A stretch of 64,000 nucleotides of DNA from Bacteroidia bacterium. Its GTDB lineage: Bacteria > Bacteroidota > Bacteroidia > 2-12-FULL-35-15. Shown here one piece after another: positions 48,072-59,318 of the stretch. Numbering within the stretch: position 1 is the stretch's first letter; each line of letters begins with the position of its first letter. The translations under genes were made by a program, and so were the position numbers. The DNA lies in assembly GCA_030654175.1 (NCBI GenBank), contig JAURXZ010000024.1, positions 171,730 to 235,729 on the forward strand. The letters are read 5' to 3'. The notes beneath the pieces were generated by a model that worked only from the letters and a program-made list of their open reading frames with translations, was not told the DNA's origin and ran no database searches.

Positions 48072-49139
48072 ATGACGATGAATAACACAATCCTTATTGT
48101 TGAAGACAACACTGATATTCGCGAAAACGCTTCCAGATTGCTGGAATCTGCCGGGTATAAAACCTTTACAGCCGATAATGGAAAAATCGGACTGGAGTCT
48201 GCCCGCAAATACATGCCTGATCTGATATTGTGCGATATTATGATGCCAATACTTGATGGTTATGGTGTTTTGCGTGCACTGGAGAATATCCCGGAAATGG
48301 CAAGCGTTCCATTCATTTTTATGACGGCTAAAACAGAGAAAGCTGATTTTAGAAAAGGTATGGATCTGGGTGCTGATGATTATCTTCCAAAACCATTCAC
48401 CGGTGATGACCTATTGAGAGTAGTGAGCACACGATTAAAGAAAAGCAGGTTGAATAGAAAGACTTTGGAAAATAATGCTGACGGAGAAGCTGATTTTACC
48501 GACACCACTAAAACATTAAATGATATTAATATTTTAACAGATCACAAAACCCTGAAAAAAGTAAAGAAAAAAGAAATGTTATTTATGGAGGGGAACTCCT
48601 CCAATGTGCTTTACTTAGTGGTGTCCGGGAAAATAATAACCTATAAAACCAATGAATGGGGCAAAAAATATACTACTGAAATTTATAAGGAAAAAGATTT
48701 TTTGGGATACGGTTCATTATTCGATGAAGGCAAACACAAGGAGTCTGCGATAGCAATTGAAAATTCTGAAATTGCTATTATTCCTAAACAAGAGTTCTTT
48801 CAATTGTTACATGCTAATAAAGAAGTGGCGATGAAGTTTTTGAAACTTTTGTCAAACAACCTTTCCGGATCGGAAGAAAAGTTATTGAAACTTGCTTATG
48901 ATTCCGCAAGAAAACGAGTAGCAGAAGCTCTGATCTTTGTTTCAAAAAAATATGACATGAATGATAAAAACGAATGCACCTTTCCCCTGTATAGAGAAAA
49001 TATTTCCTCACTTGCCGGAATAACTCCAGAATCGGTTAGTCGCAATCTTACAGATTTCAAAGTGGAAAAATTAATTGAAACCGATAATGGTAAAATAAAG
49101 ATCATCGATCTGCGAAAACTCGAAACGCTTAAAAATTAA
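48072..49139 (+). CDS. Response regulator fused to Crp/Fnr cNMP-binding and HTH domains
   Basis: ILIVED, CDIMMP, FMTA, KPF; cNMP fold; RENISSLAGITPESVSRNLTDF. Confidence 0.92.
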   Translation: MTMNNTILIVEDNTDIRENASRLLESAGYKTFTADNGKIGLESARKYMPDLILCDIMMPILDGYGVLRALENIPEMASVPFIFMTAKTEKADFRKGMDLGADDYLPKPFTGDDLLRVVSTRLKKSRLNRKTLENNADGEADFTDTTKTLNDINILTDHKTLKKVKKKEMLFMEGNSSNVLYLVVSGKIITYKTNEWGKKYTTEIYKEKDFLGYGSLFDEGKHKESAIAIENSEIAIIPKQEFFQLLHANKEVAMKFLKLLSNNLSGSEEKLLKLAYDSARKRVAEALIFVSKKYDMNDKNECTFPLYRENISSLAGITPESVSRNLTDFKVEKLIETDNGKIKIIDLRKLETLKN

Positions 49140-49690
49140 AGATTGAAAATCTTTCGGGGAGCTATCCGTGTTTTATTAAAAAAAACGTTGAAAAAACATC
49201 AATAAAAACGGTTTTTCATCAAATAAAGAGGCATTTATTCGAAAAAATAAGATTTTATGCGGATTTCCATTTCTTTAAGATGGAAAATCAGTAAAAACAA
49301 GGTGCTTGCGTGTATCTATCTATTAATAAAGAATGAAAAACAATTAAATAAAGTGGTTTTTATTGAAAAAATAGGCGCTTTTTACGAAAAACTGAGGTAT
49401 TTATTGGGATTTTCAGTTTTTATGGATGGAAATTGCTGAAAGTCGCATCAACGTTTTATCTGTGTTTCTATTGAAAAGAAGCAATAATCATTAAAAATGA
49501 CAATTTTAATCGAAAAATCATGCTTTTTAGGCAAAAAAACAAGGTTTTAATAAAGAATTTTCAATTTGAAAGATAAAAAGAACAGCGAAAATTTTCACAT
49601 CAATGTTATATGTGTTCTATTAAAATAGAGCCTAAAATCATCAAAAAATACCATTTTTCATTAAAAAAAGGAAATTTTATACGAAAAACC

Positions 49691-50167
49691 ATGATTTCAC
49701 AGGAAATTCTACTTTCTAAAGAATTAAAAGCATTGGATGTTACAAGTAGTGCATTCGAAAACCAAAAATTAATTCCTGTAAAATATACCTGCGATGGGGA
49801 AAATATAAATCCCCCCTTAACAATTAAAAATATTCCACTTGAAGCCAAAAGCATGGTGCTGATAATTGATGATCCTGATGCCCCTATAAGGGCCTGGGTA
49901 CATTGGATCGTATGGAATATTCCGCTTGGCAAAGAGATAAAAGAAAATAGCGTTCCCGGCATAGAGGGCTGGAATGACTTTAGAAACCAGAATTATGGCG
50001 GCCCGTGCCCACTTTCGGGTGTGCACAGGTATTTTTTCAAAGTTTATGTATTGGACGACTTGCTTGACCTTAAACCCGCATCAACAAAAACCGAACTCGA
50101 AAAAGCAATGAACCCGCACATTATTGCATTTGGCGAATTGGTTGGATTATATAAACGAGCCGAATAA
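49691..50167 (+). CDS. YbhB/YbcL (PEBP) family protein
   Basis: YTCDGENINPPL, DDPDAP, WVHW, YGGPCP, HRYFF; ATG 49691. Confidence 0.92.
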   Translation: MISQEILLSKELKALDVTSSAFENQKLIPVKYTCDGENINPPLTIKNIPLEAKSMVLIIDDPDAPIRAWVHWIVWNIPLGKEIKENSVPGIEGWNDFRNQNYGGPCPLSGVHRYFFKVYVLDDLLDLKPASTKTELEKAMNPHIIAFGELVGLYKRAE

Positions 50168-50218
50168 GGTTTTGTACGAATCTGATTTGAAAACCTATTT
50201 GGAAACAAGTGTTGGTAT

Positions 50219-50451
50219 TAACCAGGGTTCGATTAATAAAAAAATAAAAATTATGGGCTTAAGCCCAATAAAATAAGACATTTCAACCACGGTTTTCAGA
50301 CCGTGGTTATAAAAAAACGAAGCGCAAGCTACTCAAATAGCAATTATTACCATTTGGGGGTACTAATAACCAAGCCTTTTAAGACGTGGGGTTAAAACAA
50401 ACACCCCTTTATTATTCGGCTTTAGCCTTGAATCAAATCCAACTCAGGTTA
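50219..50451. repeat. Composite element with imperfect TAACC..GGTTA termini enclosing GGCT-AAGCC-type palindromes
   Basis: taaccagggttcgatt / aatccaactcaggtta; inner tgggcttaagccca, aaccacggt..accgtggtt, ggctttagcc. Confidence 0.55.
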
Positions 50452-50590
50452 TTATAGCCCCACCCACCTAAAATTCAAAACTCCGCTAAAACCAACAATA
50501 TACTTGTCAATTCGAGCGGAGTTATGATTCTTTTTCAAGAATATTTTAGAAAGAGTCTTAAAGTTGAAATATTTTCAACTCAAAGTCAGA

Positions 50591-51871
50591 CTAATATTTT
50601 CCTTTTGCTTTAATACCAAATTCAACCTTCTTCAAAGCAGTGATATAAGCTGCAATTCGCATAGTTGATTTATATTGCTGCATATTGTTCCATACATGTT
50701 CAAAAGCTTCGTTCATAGAAGTATCATGTTTGGAATTCACTTCTTCTTCTGTCCAATAGTGTCCGTAACTGTTTTGTACCCACTCAAAGTAAGATACAGT
50801 AACACCACCGCTATTGGCCAAAATATCAGGAACTACTATAATTCCTTTTTCTTGTAAAACATTATCTGCTGCAGGAACCGTAGGGCCATTTGCACCTTCA
50901 ATAATCAGTTTTGCTTTGATGTTTGCTGCGATCTCTTCAGTGATTACATTCTGCAAAGCTGCAGGAACTAATATATCAACATTGGCGGTTAAAAGCTCTA
51001 TGTTTTTGATTTCAACACCACCCGTAAATCCTTTTAATGTATTATTGTTTTCTTTCGCAAAACGTATTGCAGCTTGTATGTCAATTCCTTTTTCGTTCCA
51101 AAGTGTTGCAGTATGATCACCAATAGCACATACTCTAATTCCGCTTTGACTCAATAAACGTGCAGCATTTAAACCAACATTACCAAAACCTTGTACAGCA
51201 GCAGTAACTTTTTTAGGATCTAAATTCATTTTCTTTAAAGCAGCCAAAGTTGCTACCATTACACCACGTCCTGTTGCGGTTTCGCGACCTAAAGAGCCAC
51301 CAATACCAACAGGCTTGCCAGTTACAACTCCCGGAAAATTACCACGATAAACTTTATTGTAAGCATCCACTATCCAGGCCATTTCACGTGCACCTGTTCC
51401 CATATCAGGAGCTGGAATATCTTTATCCGGACCAAATACATCAGCCAATGCAACTGTATATGCCTTTGTTAAGCGCTCTAATTCTCCAACACTCATATTG
51501 CGAGGATCACACTTAATACCGCCTTTTGCACCACCGTATGGTAAATTAGCTACAGCACACTTAAATGTCATCCATGCTGAAAGGGCTTTTACTTCGTCAT
51601 CACACACATCCATGCCATAACGTATTCCACCTTTTGATGGCCCTAAAATTGTTGAATGAATTGTTCTAAAACCTTCGAAAACTTCAATCTTTCCATTATC
51701 CATGATAATTGGAAGAGAAACCTTTACTTGTTTTTGAGGACTTCTTAATACAATAGCGACTTCTTCTGATAAACCATAAATTTTTGCTGCAATATCAAGT
51801 CTGGCTAATACTGCATCAAACATACTACCTTCATGGTGTTCAACTTTTGTGGCGTTTGTTTTTGTTGTCAT
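50591..51871 (-). CDS. gdhA: Glutamate dehydrogenase (Glu/Leu/Phe/Val family)
   Basis: GPSKGGIRY, LPYGGAKGG, DIPAPD, ATGRG, QGFGNVG, EGANGP, GGVTVSYFEW; ATG 51871. Confidence 0.95.
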   Translation of the reverse strand: MTTKTNATKVEHHEGSMFDAVLARLDIAAKIYGLSEEVAIVLRSPQKQVKVSLPIIMDNGKIEVFEGFRTIHSTILGPSKGGIRYGMDVCDDEVKALSAWMTFKCAVANLPYGGAKGGIKCDPRNMSVGELERLTKAYTVALADVFGPDKDIPAPDMGTGAREMAWIVDAYNKVYRGNFPGVVTGKPVGIGGSLGRETATGRGVMVATLAALKKMNLDPKKVTAAVQGFGNVGLNAARLLSQSGIRVCAIGDHTATLWNEKGIDIQAAIRFAKENNNTLKGFTGGVEIKNIELLTANVDILVPAALQNVITEEIAANIKAKLIIEGANGPTVPAADNVLQEKGIIVVPDILANSGGVTVSYFEWVQNSYGHYWTEEEVNSKHDTSMNEAFEHVWNNMQQYKSTMRIAAYITALKKVEFGIKAKGKY

Positions 51872-52518
51872 ATTTTTATGTTTAGTTTCTTCTCTATTCT
51901 TTTGGAGAAACATGTTTAGGACAGCGAAATTACTAAAAATTACAGACCAAGAAAAAACAAATGATTAAAAAAAAGCCTTGTATTCCTTAAAATGATTGAT
52001 TTCTCATATAATTGCCGATCCAAAAACCATGACTAAAAATAATTTATGTATACATCTCCTTGTCAATGAGCACTCTATTTTTTTTAAATGTTTTTAATCA
52101 CTTTTTACTCTTATAATTTATTTGCCCCCTTGTGGTTACTAAATCGTGTCTTTTTTGCTGATATGTTAAATTTTTGCAAAATTCTGTGACGAAAGTGCCA
52201 AAAATTGCGACAATGTTCTAACTTTGAACGTCCAATGAGTCAAAAAAATTCGTAATTTGCTAAATCTAAAACAATAGCTTATTCGAAATTGAGTTTTTTA
52301 AAGCCATTTGTTAGGCTGAAAAGCCCTGAAAATAAAGTGTTATAATTAAAATTTACTGACTATAAAAACCAACTATTAAACCCTGAACAAAATTTATTAT
52401 ATCTATTATTTCACAATCAAAAATAGATGAAACCATAATTTTTAATCATTCAAATGGGCCAAATAACTAAACAGTATCTTTTTTTTATTTGAAGATGATA
52501 CATTCAAAAAAATAGAAC

Positions 52519-55500
52519 ATGAAATTGAGTAATCCATTAAAATACGCTATTGCTACGCTATTGGCTGGCACGTTGATTTTATTTTTAGTTATTTATGTAG
52601 AACAAAAAACCATAGCCGTAGGCAACGAAAACACTCCCCTTCTTGCATTGGTAGAACACATAAAAAACAAATCCAAAAGTGCACATATTTGGTTTGAAAA
52701 AGCCATGAGGAGAGACAAAAACACGGTTTTTGAAAAAGATATGTATGCAAGCCTGGATTCTACAGTCCAACTATTTAATAAGGTGCTGGAAGGGGGAGAA
52801 ACAGAGCTTGGTGTTTTCCATAAATCAACAAATCTGGAAATCAATAATACTCTAAAGCAATTACTATTAAACAGTGAGGATCTTAAACAATTGGCAGAAC
52901 AGAGAATGCTGTTAATAATGAAGTCTGCTTCCAACAAAAGAAAAGGTAAGGGCGCTAAAAAAATTGTTGTGGCAAAAGGAGAAGAAGTTGGCGGGGCTTT
53001 AGATCAGGCGTTTGACGCCTCCTACGAAAAACTACAGGGTAATTATGAAGGTCTTGCTACACTTGTTAAAATGAAAATAGTGCAAGACAACGGTGTTCTT
53101 AATGATCTTTTTTGGGTGTCCGTTTTTCTTATCATTGTAGTTTTTGGTTTTTTTAGTTTTCTTTTATACAAAATATCAAACAATGAAAGGCTGGCGGGTA
53201 ATGCATTAATGGTGAGTGAGAAGCGCTTCCGCACCATTTTTGAAGAAGCCCCTTTAGGTATTGCCCTGATAGACCCTGTTACAGGAATAATTCATGAAAT
53301 AAACCCCAAATACTCCGAAATTATTGGCCGTAGTAAAGAGGAAATGAATAATGTTGATTGGATGACCATTACTCACCCTGATGATATACTGGAAGGTGTT
53401 GCACAAAAGGCGCTAATGAGCGAGCATAAATTAAAATCTTTTAAAATGTCTAAAAGGTACATTCATTCTGATGGATCTACCGTTTGGGGAGATGTATCTA
53501 TCGCCTCAATTGAAACGGGCGATAAATCACAACACCTTCAATTGTGCATGGTGGAAGATATAACCGAACAAAAAAGGATAGAAGATGCGTTAAAAATTTC
53601 TGAAAATGAATTGCGTGGAATGTTTGCATGTATGGATGACTTGATTTTTGAATTGAGTGACGAAGGAGTGTACTTAAAAATTGCTCCTACCAACCCCTCC
53701 CTACTTTTTAAACCAGCCGACACACTTTTGGGAAAACGATTGAATGAAATTTTTCCAAAAAAAGAAGCAGAATGGTTTATTTCAAAAATACTTCAAACAT
53801 TGAAGGAAAAGAAAAACATAAATATGGAATATACCCTTCCTATTGATGACAAAGAAATTACATTCGAAGCAACCATTTCACCGCTGACGGAGAAATCAGT
53901 GCTTTGTATTGCACGTGACATTACAGCCCGCAAACATGCGGAAGAGGAAATTATCAAAAGCCAAGTAAATTTTGAGAATGCACAAAAACTTGCAAAGATC
54001 GGAAGCTGGGAATTTAACCTCCTCACCTCTGAGTTGGTTTGGTCCAAAGAACTGTATCGGATTTTTGAATTAGAAGGGCACCCTGCTGAAGGCCTTTACG
54101 AATCGTACAGAAATAAATTTCACCCTGATGATTTAATACTATTAGACAATGCTACTCACGATGCTATTCAAAATAAGCTCGGATATAATTTTGAACATAG
54201 GATATTGGATAATGGAAAAAACATAATTTATCTTTCTTGTATTGGCGAAGTAATAAAAAATGATGAGGGTAAGCTAATTGCCTTAAAAGGAACCTGCCAA
54301 GACATTACCACCCGAAAAAAGATGGAAAATCTGTTAAAGGAGACGGAACAAAACGCCTTGCTGGTAAGACATGCCGCACAAGTACCTGGAATTGTTTATC
54401 AATATCAAATTTACCCTGACGGAAGTTTTGTGTTTCCTTTTGTAAGTGAAGGGGTAATGGATCTTTGTGAGCTTAGCGCTGAAGAAGTTATGCAAGACGG
54501 GGCTAAGTTATTTAATTGTGTTCATCCGGATGATATAGAAGGGCTTATGTTGTCAATCAATGAGTCTCTAAAAACATTAAATAACTGGAAATATGAATAC
54601 AGAGTAAATTTACCTAAAAAAGGAACAAGGTGGATAAAGGGAAACTCTAAACCGGAGAAACTATCGGATGGAAGCACATTATGGCATGGATACCTTATAG
54701 ACATTACCGAATCAAAAGAGGCAAAAGAAGCTTTACAAATAAGCAAAGATAAGCAGGAAGCCGTTTTTAATGGCTCCAATGATGCTATAATGCTGTTAAC
54801 ACGAAAAGGATTTTTCGATTGCAATCCAAAAACATTGGAAATGTTTGGACTGGCAGACCGAAAAGAGTTTATAGAAAGTCATCCTTCCGACTCCTCACCT
54901 GCCTTTCAGCCTGATGGCCAAGAATCTTTAACTAAATCGAATGCGATGATCGAAATTGCTTTTGAAAAAGGCGTCAACCGGTTTGAATGGGTGCATCAGC
55001 GAAAAAATGGAGAAAAGTTCCCCGCTGAGGTTTTACTTTCAGCTTTCAATTATGGTAATGAACGTGTTTTACAGGCCACGGTTCATGATATCACAGAGCG
55101 AAAGCTGGTAGAGAAAAGACTATTAGAATTCAAGCACTTTTTTAACAATAGCGCAGACTTTGCATGCATTGCAAATACCAACGGATATTTTGAAACGGTA
55201 AACCAGAATTTTGAAAAAGTATTGGGCTATTCGGAAAAAGAATTACTTGAAAATCAATTTTTGAGTTTCGTACACCCCGATGATATTGATTCAACACTAA
55301 GTGAGATTGCGAAACTGAAAACAGGGTCTCTCACCACACAATTTGTGAACAGGTACAGAAAAAAAGATGGAAGCTATTTGTGGTTTTCATGGAACACAAC
55401 CCCTAATTCCGACACTGGTAAACTATATGCCATTGCCAGAGACATTACCTATCAAAAAAGAGCCGAAGAAAAAATTAAGAGCAGCGAAGAAAAATACCGT

Positions 55501-56511
55501 TCGGTAGTTGAAAACGCAGCAGATATGATTATCACTTTTGATAGTAATTACACAATTCAATTTATAAATCACTTGCGGCCAGGGTCTCCTACAGATCAGG
55601 TTATTGGGAAAAGTATTTTTAACCTTATTCCACATGAATATCAGGAACGGGTTAAACAGAAGATAAAAAAAGTATTCGAAGATAAATTACCACAGAGCTA
55701 TGAACTGCCGGGGCAACATTTAGATGGCTCCTCTGCGTGGTATTCCACTAATCTGGGTCCTGTATTTTCAGGTGATGAAGTAAGTGGGATAACATTAATA
55801 ATACGAGACATTTCCGACAGCAAAAAAGCAGAAGAAAAAATCCAGCAATCGCTGAAAGAAAAAGAAATTCTTCTGCAAGAGGTTCATCACAGGGTTAAAA
55901 ACAATCTCCAGATAATATTAAGTATCCTTAATTTGCAGCATGCTCAAATAACCGATAAAAAAACACTCGATCTCGTAAGAGACATACGAAGCAGAATAAA
56001 GGCCATGTCTTTTATTCACGAGCTTCTTTATCAAACCGATGATTTTTCAAGTATAAATTTTTCAGACTACATTACTAATATCACAAACAACCTGATCTAT
56101 TCCTATACCCAAAACCAAACAATTGATTTAAAGTTGGATGTCGGTGCCATTTTTCTTGATCTGGACAGCGCCATTCCGTGTGGACTGATAATAAACGAAA
56201 TAGTAACCAATGCACTGAAATACGCATTTACTGAGCAGGAAAACGGAGAAGTCAGTGTTTCCTTAACTCAAAAAAATGATTTCATTCAATTAACTATTTC
56301 TGATAATGGCAAAGGCCTTCCGTCTAATATCGACTTTAGAAATACAGAATCGTTAGGAATGCAATTAGTAGTTACACTTGTTCAACAGCTTGGTGGTGAA
56401 ATAGTGCTTGATAATTCAAACGGGGCAAAATATACCATTACATTTAAAATGATAAATAAGGCTGAATCAGGCAGTACAAATAATAAAACCCTGGAGATTG
56501 AGAACGCTTGA
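52519..56511 (+). CDS. Membrane sensor histidine kinase with seven PAS domains, HisKA_2 type
   Basis: 2 TMs; seven PAS/PAC units ending in DIT/DIS; EVHHRVKNN, PCGLIINEIVTNALKY, DNGKG. Confidence 0.93.
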   Translation: MKLSNPLKYAIATLLAGTLILFLVIYVEQKTIAVGNENTPLLALVEHIKNKSKSAHIWFEKAMRRDKNTVFEKDMYASLDSTVQLFNKVLEGGETELGVFHKSTNLEINNTLKQLLLNSEDLKQLAEQRMLLIMKSASNKRKGKGAKKIVVAKGEEVGGALDQAFDASYEKLQGNYEGLATLVKMKIVQDNGVLNDLFWVSVFLIIVVFGFFSFLLYKISNNERLAGNALMVSEKRFRTIFEEAPLGIALIDPVTGIIHEINPKYSEIIGRSKEEMNNVDWMTITHPDDILEGVAQKALMSEHKLKSFKMSKRYIHSDGSTVWGDVSIASIETGDKSQHLQLCMVEDITEQKRIEDALKISENELRGMFACMDDLIFELSDEGVYLKIAPTNPSLLFKPADTLLGKRLNEIFPKKEAEWFISKILQTLKEKKNINMEYTLPIDDKEITFEATISPLTEKSVLCIARDITARKHAEEEIIKSQVNFENAQKLAKIGSWEFNLLTSELVWSKELYRIFELEGHPAEGLYESYRNKFHPDDLILLDNATHDAIQNKLGYNFEHRILDNGKNIIYLSCIGEVIKNDEGKLIALKGTCQDITTRKKMENLLKETEQNALLVRHAAQVPGIVYQYQIYPDGSFVFPFVSEGVMDLCELSAEEVMQDGAKLFNCVHPDDIEGLMLSINESLKTLNNWKYEYRVNLPKKGTRWIKGNSKPEKLSDGSTLWHGYLIDITESKEAKEALQISKDKQEAVFNGSNDAIMLLTRKGFFDCNPKTLEMFGLADRKEFIESHPSDSSPAFQPDGQESLTKSNAMIEIAFEKGVNRFEWVHQRKNGEKFPAEVLLSAFNYGNERVLQATVHDITERKLVEKRLLEFKHFFNNSADFACIANTNGYFETVNQNFEKVLGYSEKELLENQFLSFVHPDDIDSTLSEIAKLKTGSLTTQFVNRYRKKDGSYLWFSWNTTPNSDTGKLYAIARDITYQKRAEEKIKSSEEKYRSVVENAADMIITFDSNYTIQFINHLRPGSPTDQVIGKSIFNLIPHEYQERVKQKIKKVFEDKLPQSYELPGQHLDGSSAWYSTNLGPVFSGDEVSGITLIIRDISDSKKAEEKIQQSLKEKEILLQEVHHRVKNNLQIILSILNLQHAQITDKKTLDLVRDIRSRIKAMSFIHELLYQTDDFSSINFSDYITNITNNLIYSYTQNQTIDLKLDVGAIFLDLDSAIPCGLIINEIVTNALKYAFTEQENGEVSVSLTQKNDFIQLTISDNGKGLPSNIDFRNTESLGMQLVVTLVQQLGGEIVLDNSNGAKYTITFKMINKAESGSTNNKTLEIENA

Positions 56512-56519
56512 TAATGTTA

Positions 56520-56648
56520 TACCAGACCTTGTTTTTTTTAAGAATAGTTGAATGGATGGATAAGAAACCTGACAGGTTTTCAAAATCTGTTAGGTTTAAC
56601 TGCCTTTAAAAATAAAATTATTGGATTAATTTGTAACAAGTGTTGGTA
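56520..56648. repeat. Element with imperfect TACCA..TGGTA termini enclosing an AAACCTGACAGGTTT palindrome
   Basis: taccagaccttgtt / aacaagtgttggta; aaacctgacaggttttcaaaatctgttaggttt at 56565..56597. Confidence 0.6.
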
Positions 56649-56883
56649 ATATATTTCACCGTCATCCCGAAGAGCCACTTTTGGCGATTAGGGATCTTGT
56701 TCTTCTGGGTAGGTCTTTTTTATTGAGCCCACTCTCCTTCTGACTATAAAGAAATGGGGTGCTTCAGAATAACCATGTAAGTAGTTATTTCAAGCAGAAT
56801 CAAGAAAGTGTTAAGGATAGGGTCTTCAAACTATTGTGAATATGTTATGGGCAACATTCATCCCCACAGGTTGAAGCTTTAAC

Positions 56884-56923
56884 AAAAAAAAGTCCCGTAT
56901 CGAAATTCAATACGGGACTTTTT
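56884..56923. terminator. Intrinsic terminator between convergent genes
   Basis: aaaaagtcccgtat-cgaaattca-atacgggacttttt. Confidence 0.85.
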
Positions 56924-56940
56924 AAATAATTGAGATCTGA

Positions 56941-57588
56941 TTATTTCTCAAATTTATTATACCCTTTTGGTATGTCGTAAACTGTTTTGTCAACAACCTT
57001 TTTGGTGATCTTGGTAACTTCCAAACGACCTGTTTCTTTTCCTCTTAGATCTGTTTGTACAGAAAGCATCGGGAACATGTTTTTGGTATTTGGGATCTGT
57101 AAAAAGTAAACAGAAGCTTTGTCTTTACGATTTAATTGGTGTAACAATTTATCAAAGAAAGCAAATTTTCCATCCGCTAACCAATAGGTAATAATTGTGC
57201 CCTCTGTATTGTTTGTTACAATATATTCAACACATTTATACCCTTGAAGGTTTTTTACATTTTGCCCTTTTGTAACGGTACATGTTCCTTTAATTACCGG
57301 CTCAGAAGGTGTAGGCTGATCCATATAAAGTTTACGCTCATGATTTAATGACTTCATGGTTTTTGCTTCCAGGTTCACTAAAAAAGAACCTTCCACTTTT
57401 TTTGACCTTCCACCAATTTCGTCAACTCTCACTAAATTCTCTTTTACATAATAAACATAACTGGTAGTGTCAGTTGCTGTTCCTTTTTTGAATTCGATAA
57501 CACCTTCGAATGATTGTGACAGAGCGGTTAACGAAAACATCGTTATCATCATAACTCCAGGTACAATTTTTAAAATCGCTTTTTTCAT
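56941..57588 (-). CDS. Exported DUF4412-like protein
   Basis: Signal peptide, FEGVIEF, GYKCVEY, YDIPKGY. Confidence 0.72.
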   Translation of the reverse strand: MKKAILKIVPGVMMITMFSLTALSQSFEGVIEFKKGTATDTTSYVYYVKENLVRVDEIGGRSKKVEGSFLVNLEAKTMKSLNHERKLYMDQPTPSEPVIKGTCTVTKGQNVKNLQGYKCVEYIVTNNTEGTIITYWLADGKFAFFDKLLHQLNRKDKASVYFLQIPNTKNMFPMLSVQTDLRGKETGRLEVTKITKKVVDKTVYDIPKGYNKFEK

Positions 57589-57884
57589 TTGTTCAGTTAT
57601 TAATATTACGTTTGATTATATTCCTTGTTGGTTAAAACTCTTATTTCTAAGCGTGCTAAAAATACTAAATTTTAATTGGCCACGAACCCTATTCCAAAAC
57701 TTGTGCCAAATTTTTATAATGCAACACCTTGGCTACAAATATAAAAATTTTTTAGAATATCTGAGGGTTATTAAACTTTGTTTAAAAATCAATATATCGA
57801 TCGGAAAGATAGATATTGGTATTGAGATGTAAGGTATCCGATAAAAAACATTTCAACACTCCAATACTCATATCTCATACCGGT

Positions 57885-59318
57885 TTATTTTCGCTTCAAA
57901 AAATCAAACAACAAACGCACACCAACTCCTGTGCCCCCTTTAATACGATAAGCATCTTTTGCCGTTAAAAAAGCCGGGCCGGCAATATCAAGGTGCATCC
58001 ATGGATAATCGATGTAACGCGCTAAAAATTTACCTGCTGTGATGCTTCCGGCATAAGAGCCGCCAAGATTTTTCATATCTGCGATATCCGATTTTATCTG
58101 TTCGTCAAAATCATCCCAAAAAGGCATTTCGGCCAATCGTTCAAAAACAGCATTTCCACTTTCTTTTAATTCATTCTTTGTTTTTTCATCTGCTGTTCCC
58201 ATCGCTACAATACCCGATGTTCCAATAGCTGCTATTGCCGCGCCTGTGAGTGTTGCCAGGTCAATTACCAATTCCGGTTTATATTTTTGTGCATACACCA
58301 AAGCATCCGCTAATATCATTCTGCCTTCAGCATCTGCGTTAACCATTTCTACTGTTAAGCCATTGTACATAGTAATTACATCCCCCGGAACATAAGCGTT
58401 ACCACCCGGACGATTATCCGTTGCAGGAACAATCCCAATTACATGAACAGGTAATTTTGCTTTTGCAACAGCGTATAAAGTCCCTCCAACTGCTGCTCCT
58501 CCTGCCATATCACATTTCATCATGTCCATACTATTTGGAGTGGGCTTTAAACTCAGTCCGCCCGTATCATATACCACGCCTTTGCCGATCAAAACTATTG
58601 GATGTTTATTTTTTGCGTTCTTTGGTTTATACTCCATTATTGTGAATGTTGGTGGATCCACACTTCCTAAATTAACTGCCAGTAATCCACCCATTTTCAT
58701 GGATTTTATTTTTGCTTTATCAAATACTTCTACTTTAAAACCGGCTTCTTTACCAAGTTTTTGAAACTCTTTGGAAAGTTGTGTTGCCGTTAAAAAATTA
58801 GCCGGTTCATTAACCAGTGTGCGGCAAAGGCCCGTTGCATCCACAACAATGTTCAATTCATCTGCATCGGTTTTAGTGATGTTTTTACCAACAATAAAAA
58901 TTGATCTAAGAGAATACTCCTCTTTCTTTTTGTCTTTTTTATATTTCAAAAATTGATAATTACTCAAGGCAAGGCCTTCGGCAAACGCTAAAACCTTAGC
59001 CGTTTTATTTTCCATGTCTACAATAGTGATGTTCTCTATTTTATAATCAACAACAAGTGAATGCATTGTATTTGCTGCTCTGCGAAGCGATTCTAAAGTA
59101 AGGTGCTTCTCTTTTTTAACGTCTATCACCTGAATAAAAACATAACGATTGAGTTGATTTATACAAACGAAAAATTTTTCCTTTTTAGTGATTTCTATTT
59201 TAATGAAATCAATTTCAGCTTTGCTCAAGCCATAATTATTAAAACTGCTGTTTTTTTCGCACAACAAAATAATACTCTCTGTATTGCTTACTGTAGATTT
59301 TTTGGAGATAGTAGTCAT
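57885..59318 (-). CDS. pepA: M17 leucyl aminopeptidase
   Basis: GKGVVYDTGGLSLK, MKCDMAG, NADAEGR, IDLATLTGA, HLDIAG. Confidence 0.95.
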   Translation of the reverse strand: MTTISKKSTVSNTESIILLCEKNSSFNNYGLSKAEIDFIKIEITKKEKFFVCINQLNRYVFIQVIDVKKEKHLTLESLRRAANTMHSLVVDYKIENITIVDMENKTAKVLAFAEGLALSNYQFLKYKKDKKKEEYSLRSIFIVGKNITKTDADELNIVVDATGLCRTLVNEPANFLTATQLSKEFQKLGKEAGFKVEVFDKAKIKSMKMGGLLAVNLGSVDPPTFTIMEYKPKNAKNKHPIVLIGKGVVYDTGGLSLKPTPNSMDMMKCDMAGGAAVGGTLYAVAKAKLPVHVIGIVPATDNRPGGNAYVPGDVITMYNGLTVEMVNADAEGRMILADALVYAQKYKPELVIDLATLTGAAIAAIGTSGIVAMGTADEKTKNELKESGNAVFERLAEMPFWDDFDEQIKSDIADMKNLGGSYAGSITAGKFLARYIDYPWMHLDIAGPAFLTAKDAYRIKGGTGVGVRLLFDFLKRK

